Part shown: one piece after another, positions 58,161 through 64,000 of the stretch
Layout: each line of letters starts with the position of its first letter
How positions within the stretch are numbered: position 1 is the stretch's first letter
From: an uncultured Candidatus Rokubacteria bacterium
GTDB lineage: Bacteria; Methylomirabilota; Methylomirabilia; Rokubacteriales; CSP1-6
Assembly: GCA_963762145.1 (NCBI GenBank)
Contig: CAVXJS010000014.1
Coordinates: 384,001-448,000, forward strand
Length of the DNA stretch: 64,000 nt
Direction: 5' to 3'
The notes under the pieces: model-generated
Seen by the model: the letters and a program-made list of their open reading frames with translations, nothing else
What the model was told of the DNA's origin: nothing
The model's database searches: none
Position numbers and translations under genes: made by a program

Positions 58161-59732
58161 CTACTTCAGCGAGATCGTCTCCACGCGCAGGTCGAAGCTC
58201 GGGTGCAGCTTGAAGCCCTGCACGCGCTTGGAGAAGGCGCCGGTCTGCACCTCGTGATCGATGAAGATCCACGGCGGATCGTCGTGGAGCAGGCGCTGCG
58301 CCTCGCGGTAGAGCTCGGCCCGCTTGGCCTGGTCGGTCACCTGGCGTGCCTGGGTGAGCACCTCGTCGAAGCGCGCGTTCTTGTACATGGCGCGGTTCGG
58401 GCCCACCGGCGTCCACTGGCTGGAGTGGAGCAGCGGATACATCACCAGGTCGGGATCCTCCGAGCCGGCCATCCAGGACAGCGCGAACATGTCCTGCTCC
58501 TTGGTGCGGAGCTTGGCCAGGAACGTGCCCCACTCCATGGTCTGGAGCGTCACGTTCACGCCCACCGCCTTCAGGTTCGACTGGATGATCGTGCTCATGG
58601 CCACCGGCGACTGCATGCCCGAGCCCGACTCCGGCACCCAGAGCGTGGTGGAGAAGCCGGTCGGGAGCCCGGCCTCGGCCAGGAGCTTCTTCGCGCGCTC
58701 CGGATCGTAGGGGAAGGGCTTGAGCCCGCCCTCGTCGCCCCAGGTGCCGGGCAGCACCGGGCCCTTGGAGACGGAGCCGGTGCCCTTCAGCACGTCGCGG
58801 ACGATCGCCTCCTTGTTCACCGCGTAGTTCAGCGCCTGGCGCACGCGCTTGTCGTCGAAGGGCTTCTTGGTGTTGTTGAAGCCGAGGTACCAGACGTGCG
58901 CGCCGACCTGCTTCTGCAGCGTGACCTTCGGGTGGTTCTCGAGCTGGGCCACGAAGTCGGGCGGCGTGCCCACGATCAGGTCGAGCCCGCCGGTGAGCAG
59001 CTCGGTGAGCCGCGCCTGATCCTCGGTGACGGGCCGGAAGATGACCCGATCGACCTTCACCGGATAGCGCCAGTAGCTCGGGTTCTTCTCGAGCACCACG
59101 CGCTGGCCGCGGTCCCAGGACGCGAACTTGAAGGGCCCGGTGCCGACCGGGCTCACGGTGTAGTCCTGGCCCGACTTCATGGCCGCGGTCGGGCTCACGA
59201 TGGAGGCGGCCGGCGCGACGAGGACCGCCAGGAAGGAAGCGCGGGGCTCCTTCAGGACGAAGCGCACCGTGCTGTCGTCCATCGCCTCGACCGCCTTGAC
59301 GTTGCCGAAGAAGTAGGCGGCGAAGGGATACTTGCCGAGCTTGTTGGCCGGATGCTCCGGGTTGATCTGCCGCTCGATGGAGAACTTGACCGCCTGCGCG
59401 TTGAACGGGGTGCCGTCGTGGAAGGCGATCCCCTTGCGGAGCTTGAAGGTGTAGGTGAGCCCGTCCTTGGAGATCGTCCACGACTCCGCGAGCCCGGGCA
59501 CGATCTGGGTGGTCTCTTCCGCGAAGGCGACCAACGTCTCCACGACCCGCCGGCCCACGCGGCTGGAATTGAGATCGGTGACCTGGGCCGGATCGAGCCC
59601 CACCGGCTCCGCGACCAGCCCGACCACCAGCGTGTTCGCCGACTGCGCGAGCAGCGGGGGCGTGCCGGCGGTCAGCACCACGAGCAGCGCCAGGGCCAGA
59701 CCCGACCAGGTTCGTCTCCGTCTCATCGCCAT
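58161..59732 (-). CDS. Peptide ABC transporter substrate-binding protein (DppA-like)
   Basis: PGLAESW, FHDGTPFNAQAV, VGTGPFKF, PFDDKRVRQALNYAVN. ATG at 59732 follows GAGGAGG. Confidence 0.93.
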   Translation of the reverse strand: MAMRRRRTWSGLALALLVVLTAGTPPLLAQSANTLVVGLVAEPVGLDPAQVTDLNSSRVGRRVVETLVAFAEETTQIVPGLAESWTISKDGLTYTFKLRKGIAFHDGTPFNAQAVKFSIERQINPEHPANKLGKYPFAAYFFGNVKAVEAMDDSTVRFVLKEPRASFLAVLVAPAASIVSPTAAMKSGQDYTVSPVGTGPFKFASWDRGQRVVLEKNPSYWRYPVKVDRVIFRPVTEDQARLTELLTGGLDLIVGTPPDFVAQLENHPKVTLQKQVGAHVWYLGFNNTKKPFDDKRVRQALNYAVNKEAIVRDVLKGTGSVSKGPVLPGTWGDEGGLKPFPYDPERAKKLLAEAGLPTGFSTTLWVPESGSGMQSPVAMSTIIQSNLKAVGVNVTLQTMEWGTFLAKLRTKEQDMFALSWMAGSEDPDLVMYPLLHSSQWTPVGPNRAMYKNARFDEVLTQARQVTDQAKRAELYREAQRLLHDDPPWIFIDHEVQTGAFSKRVQGFKLHPSFDLRVETISLK

Positions 59733-59794
59733 GTCCTCCTCGAGCCACGGGCTCCCGGGCAATCGGTCGCCGGGATGGCGGCCGGAGCGCGCCG

Positions 59795-59847
59795 AGTATA
59801 GCACCGCGCGCCGCGGCCTTGACATCGCCCGCCCCCCCACCTAGGGT
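59795..59847. promoter_or_regulatory. Divergent sigma70-type promoters
   Basis: Plus strand has TTGACA-N17-TAGGGT (59819-59847). Minus strand has an extended -10 TGCTATACT (59795-59803). Confidence 0.5.
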
Positions 59848-59872
59848 GATGCCCGACTCGAAAGGAGGCCTC

Positions 59873-60868
59873 ATGGCCAAGCTCAAGTTCGGCGCCTGGA
59901 TTCCCACCTACGCGTGGAGCGGCAAGAAGACGGATCCGAAGAACATGCGGCGGATCCGCGACTCCATCGTGAAGTGCGAGAAGTACGGCATCGACGTCTG
60001 GGTGATCGACCACCTGCTGTCCGCGCCCGGCCTCTACGGCAACGCCTGGCTCGAGCCGCTCTCCTCGCTCGCCTACGCGGCGGCGCTGACCGCGAAGGTG
60101 GACATCGCCACCGGCATCCTGGTGCTGCCGGTGCGCCACCCGGTGCTGCTGGCCAAGGAGATCTCGACCCTCTGCCACCTCTCGAACAACCGCTACGTGT
60201 TCGGGGTGGGTCCCGGCTGGTACGCGCGCGAGTACGAGGTGACCGGCTCCCGCATCCAGGAGCGCGGCAAGCGCACCGACGAGATCATCGAGGCGGTGAC
60301 CCTGCTGCTCACCAAGCCGAACGCGAGCTACCACGGCAAGTTCTACCACTTCGACGACGTGACGATCGATCCGCGGCCGCCCAAGATGCCGAAGATCTGG
60401 GTTTCGGGCGGCTCGCGCGTGCCCGATCCGGGCGAGCACGACGTGCCGGTCATCGCGACCACCGTGATGGACCGCATCGTCCGAGCCGGCAACTGGCTCT
60501 CGCGCTGCTCGGGCACGCAGGAGTGGGTCAAGCGGGACTGGGGGCTGCTGCAGCAGCACTGCAAGACCCTCGGCCGCGATCCGAAGAAGCTCACGTTCGG
60601 GCACTGCAACTTCATCCACCTGGTGGACACCCCGAGCCACGCCAAGGCGGTGGCCGCGTCGAAGGCCCCCTTCATCAAGACGATGGGCACGCACCGGACC
60701 TACGAGCACCTGCAGGAGTCGTACATGATCGGGTCGATCGATCACATCAACACGCGGATCGACGATCTGGTGAAGGCGGGGCTCAAGTACCTCGTGCTGG
60801 GGCCGGTGACGGACGACCCGGCGCAGATCGACCTGATGGCCAAGAAGGTCATGCCGCACTTCAAGTAG
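59873..60868 (+). CDS. LLM-class flavin-dependent oxidoreductase
   Basis: VWVIDHLL, LVLPVRHPVLLAKE, GVGPGW. AAAGGAGG RBS. Confidence 0.9.
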   Translation: MAKLKFGAWIPTYAWSGKKTDPKNMRRIRDSIVKCEKYGIDVWVIDHLLSAPGLYGNAWLEPLSSLAYAAALTAKVDIATGILVLPVRHPVLLAKEISTLCHLSNNRYVFGVGPGWYAREYEVTGSRIQERGKRTDEIIEAVTLLLTKPNASYHGKFYHFDDVTIDPRPPKMPKIWVSGGSRVPDPGEHDVPVIATTVMDRIVRAGNWLSRCSGTQEWVKRDWGLLQQHCKTLGRDPKKLTFGHCNFIHLVDTPSHAKAVAASKAPFIKTMGTHRTYEHLQESYMIGSIDHINTRIDDLVKAGLKYLVLGPVTDDPAQIDLMAKKVMPHFK

Positions 60869-60881
60869 AGGCGTCCCGCCC

Positions 60882-61817
60882 ATGCGCTACGGCTTCTACC
60901 TCCCCACCCGCGGCCAGACCGCGTCTCCCGAGGCGCTCGAGACCCTGCTCGCGCGCGGGGAGGCGCTCGGCTTCTCCTCGGTGGTGATCGCGGACCACAT
61001 CGTGTTTCCGGTCACGATCAAGTCGAAGTATCCGTACACCGTGAGCGGGGCGTTCCCCGGGCAGGGCGACGCGCTCGAGCAGCTCTCGCTGATGGCCTTC
61101 GTGGCGGGCAAGACGCGCACCCTGCGGCTCATCAGCAGCGTGATGATCCTGCCCCACCGCAACCCGGTGGTGACCGCCAAGATGCTCGCCACCATCGACG
61201 TGCTCTCCCGCGGGCGCGTCACGGTGGGGGTCGGGGTGGGCTGGCTGCGCGAGGAGTTCGAGGCGCTCGGCGCGCCGGATTTCGACCGGCGCGGCGCGGT
61301 GAGCGACGAGTACCTCCGCATCTTCAAGGCGCTGTGGACGCAGGATCCGGCCTCGTACCGCGGGGAGTTCTATCGGTTCGACTCGATTCGCTGCGTGCCC
61401 CATCCGGTGCAGAAGCCACACCCGCCGATCTGGATCGGCGGACACAGCAAGGCGGCGCTCCGGCGCGTGGCGCGCCTGGGCGACGGCTGGCATCCGGTCG
61501 GCGCCAATCCGGCCGCGCCGCTGCGCCCGGCCGAGATGCGCGCGCTGCTCGACGAGCTGGCCCGCCTCACCGAGGCGGAGGGGCGCGATCCCGCCGCCCT
61601 GACCATCTCCTACAAGGCGCCGATCTACGACGCGGGGCAGGGGGTGGACGGCGGCGCGGAGCGGCGGCCCTTCTCGGGGAGCCAGCAGGCCATCGCCGAC
61701 GACATCGGCACCTTCGCCGGGCTCGGGGTGAGCGAGCTGATCTTCGACTTCCGCAGCGAGAGCCTCACCGAGAGCCTCGACCGCATGTCCCGCTTCGCCC
61801 CCCTGATCCGCCCCTGA
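60882..61817 (+). CDS. LLM-class (probable F420-dependent) oxidoreductase
   Basis: IADHIVFP, HRNPVVTAK, GVGVGWLREE, PVQKPHPPIWIGG. Confidence 0.9.
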   Translation: MRYGFYLPTRGQTASPEALETLLARGEALGFSSVVIADHIVFPVTIKSKYPYTVSGAFPGQGDALEQLSLMAFVAGKTRTLRLISSVMILPHRNPVVTAKMLATIDVLSRGRVTVGVGVGWLREEFEALGAPDFDRRGAVSDEYLRIFKALWTQDPASYRGEFYRFDSIRCVPHPVQKPHPPIWIGGHSKAALRRVARLGDGWHPVGANPAAPLRPAEMRALLDELARLTEAEGRDPAALTISYKAPIYDAGQGVDGGAERRPFSGSQQAIADDIGTFAGLGVSELIFDFRSESLTESLDRMSRFAPLIRP

Positions 61818-61823
61818 TTCTCT

Positions 61824-61886
61824 CCTTCTCCCCTCTGGGGAGAGGGCAGGGTGAGGGGCCCAGGGTGAGGGGCACCGGGTGAGGGG
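61824..61886. repeat. Family-B hairpin repeat with triplicated GGGTGAGGGG tail
   Basis: CCTTCTCCCC-TCT-GGGGAGAGGG followed by three GGGTGAGGGG units, between convergent genes. Confidence 0.8.
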
Positions 61887-62748
61887 CTACCCCAGCCGCG
61901 GATCCAGGAGATCCCGCAGCCCGTCCCCCAGCAGGTTGGCCCCCAGCACGACGAGCGAGATCGTCAATCCGGGGTACGGTGGCGAGCCACCACGCGTTCG
62001 AGAGATAGTCGCGGCCCTCGGAGAGCATGAGCCCCCACGACGGCCGCGGGGCCTGGATCCCCATCCCGAGGAAGCTCAGCCCCGACTCGAGCAGGACCAT
62101 CGTGGCGAACTGGCTCGAGCCGATGACGAGAATCGGGGCGAGCGTGTTGGGGAGGATGTGCCGGGCGATGATCCGGAGGTCGCTGGCTCCGAGGGTGTAG
62201 GCGGCCTCCACGAACTCGAGGCGGCGGATCGTGAGCACGTTGGCGCGCACCGTCCGCGCGTAGAGCACCCACCCGCTGAGCGCGAGCACGCCCACCAGCG
62301 CCGCCGGGCTCGTGCCCACCACCGCCACGATGGCGATCGCGAGCATGATGACGGGCAGCGCGAGCTGGACGTCGGCCAGGCGCATGAACAGCGCGTCCAC
62401 CCGCTCGCCGCCGGAGCCCGCCACGAGACCCACCACGATGCCCACCGCGGCCGCGATGAGGACGGAGACCGCGGCGAGGGCGAGCGAGATCCGGCCGCCG
62501 TGCAGCAGGCGGGCGAGGATGTCGCGGCCGAGGTTGTCGGTGCCCAGGACGTGCGCGGGCGTGCCCCCGAGCCCCCAGGGCGGCGCGAGCCGCCGGCTGA
62601 ACTGCGGCTTCACCGGATCGGCGGGCGCGAGCACCGGCGCGAGCACGCTCGCGAGCACCGTGAGCGCGAGCAGGAGCCCGCCGACTACCGCGGTCGCGTT
62701 TCCCCGGCGCGGGCGAAGCGTCTCGGGCGCGGCCTCGGGCGCGTTCAC
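61887..62748 (-). CDS. Peptide ABC transporter permease (DppC-like; one frameshift near 61970)
   Basis: LGTDNLGRD, EFVEAA, LSFLGMG. Removing one C from a C-run restores PGLTISLVVLGANLLGDGLRDLLDPRLG*. Confidence 0.88.
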
Positions 62749-63665
62749 GAGTAGCGGATCCGGGGATCGATCACGGTGTAGAGCAGGTCCACCAGCAGGT
62801 TGATCAGGACGAAGATGGTGGCCGAGAAGATCAGCACCGTCTGCACCACCGGGAAGTCGCGGAAGAAGATCGCGTCCACCACCAGCTTGCCCATCCCGGG
62901 CCACGCGAACACCGACTCGGTGATGACCGCGCCGCCCAGCAGCGTGCCGATCTGGAGCCCGAGCACGGTGAGGACCGGCACCGCCGCGTTCCGCAGCGCG
63001 TGCCGGAGCACCACCGCCCGCTCGGCGAGGCCCTTGGCGCGGCCGGTGCGGATGTAGTCGCGCCCCAGGATCTCGAGCATGCTGGAGCGGGTGAGGCGGG
63101 CCACCAGCGCCATCGGGAACGCGGCCAGGGTCACCGCGGGGAGGATGAGATGGCGCCAGCTCTCGAACCCGGAGGTGGGCAGCCAGCGCAGCGCGACCCC
63201 GAAGAGCAGGATCAGCATGATGCCGAGCCAGAAGTTCGGCAGCGACTGGCCGAGCACCGCGAAGACGGTGCTCGCGAAGTCGTAGCGGGTGCCCCGGTGC
63301 ACCGCGGCCACGATGCCGAGGGAGACGCCCACCGCGCCGGTGAGGAACATCGCGGCCAGCGCGAGCTGGGCGGTGGCGGCCAGCCGGTCGGCGACGACCT
63401 GGAGCGCGGGCGCCCGGTACTGGAAGGACTGGCCGAAGTCGCCCCGGAAGACACTCCGGATGAAGATGGCGTACTGGACGTGCAGCGGCTCGCGCAGGCC
63501 GAGGTGCCGGTTCAGCTCGTCCACCGCGGACTGGGGCGCGCCCTCCGGGAGCAGCATCTTGGCCGGATCGCCGGGCAAGACGCGGAGCACGAGGAAGACG
63601 AGGACCGAGACGCCGAGGAGCGTCAGGGCCGCCTGGCCGAGCCGGCGAAGGACGTAGGCTCTCAT
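62745..63665 (-). CDS. Peptide ABC transporter permease (DppB-like)
   Basis: LPGDPA, GDFGQS, DYIRTGRAKGL, ESVFAWPG. Confidence 0.93.
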   Translation of the reverse strand: MRAYVLRRLGQAALTLLGVSVLVFLVLRVLPGDPAKMLLPEGAPQSAVDELNRHLGLREPLHVQYAIFIRSVFRGDFGQSFQYRAPALQVVADRLAATAQLALAAMFLTGAVGVSLGIVAAVHRGTRYDFASTVFAVLGQSLPNFWLGIMLILLFGVALRWLPTSGFESWRHLILPAVTLAAFPMALVARLTRSSMLEILGRDYIRTGRAKGLAERAVVLRHALRNAAVPVLTVLGLQIGTLLGGAVITESVFAWPGMGKLVVDAIFFRDFPVVQTVLIFSATIFVLINLLVDLLYTVIDPRIRYS

Positions 63666-63725
63666 TTCGAGGAGTCCAGGGCCGCGCCCGGTTGCCCGCC
63701 GACCCCTGCCGCGCCCGGCACCCGG

Positions 63726-64000
63726 CTACGCGATCGCGACGTCACTCAGCAGCACGTAGTAGTCCCGGCGCGGCTCGAAGTTGCGCAGGCGATCGCTGAC
63801 CCCGTAGATCGCGACGCTGTAGTAGGGCCAGATCTCGGCGTCCTCGTCCCACAGGATGCGCTCGAGCTCCTCGTACTTGGCCTGACGCACCTTCGGATCC
63901 GGCACCCGGCCCTCCGCGATCAGCTGCTCCACGCGCGGGTTGTTGTAACGGGTGAGCTTCTCGGCGCCCGCCCGCGTGAACCACTGGCCGAAGTACCAGT
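63726..64000 (-). CDS. Peptide ABC substrate-binding protein, C-terminal part (5' end beyond window)
   Basis: YNNPRVEQLIAEGR..D..RQAKY is a typical family-5 SBP C-terminus, directly upstream of the permeases. Confidence 0.8.
   Translation of the reverse strand, partial: WYFGQWFTRAGAEKLTRYNNPRVEQLIAEGRVPDPKVRQAKYEELERILWDEDAEIWPYYSVAIYGVSDRLRNFEPRRDYYVLLSDVAIA

Overview
This window is very GC-rich bacterial DNA with dense catabolic and transport genes: luciferase-like (LLM) oxidoreductases, peptide ABC solute-binding proteins, hydantoinase A/B, enolase-superfamily enzymes, a CoA-transferase III and TRAP permeases. Gene content and repeat style resemble Ca. Rokubacteria/Methylomirabilota, which is an inference only. 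I saw no rRNA, tRNA, CRISPR array or transposase. Three things stand out. (1) A self-contained ~14 kb sigma54 module (22437-36327) has two divergent -24/-12 promoters sharing phased GCAA-N7-TTGC boxes. The left arm encodes a ROK kinase, two tandem alpha/beta-hydrolase-glycosyltransferase fusions, a one-Cys OsmC, a V4R-like/GAF histidine kinase, a REC-fused class III cyclase with non-canonical catalytic residues, and a GAFTGA activator. The right arm encodes a cupin, a hydrolase, a methyltransferase and a second cupin. (2) A UGSC-type selenoprotein (52196-52705) is split by the ORF track; it has an in-frame UGA followed by a SECIS-like hairpin and lies in an operon with TRAP permeases lacking a DctP. 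(3) A GGGGTCAGGTCTT... REP-like repeat family forms inverted pairs between convergent genes and supplies the stop codons of three genes. Many single-base frameshifts between ~20.7 and 38.5 kb look like sequencing or consensus errors, so gene ends there are approximate. All family assignments come from motif recognition by eye, not database searches.
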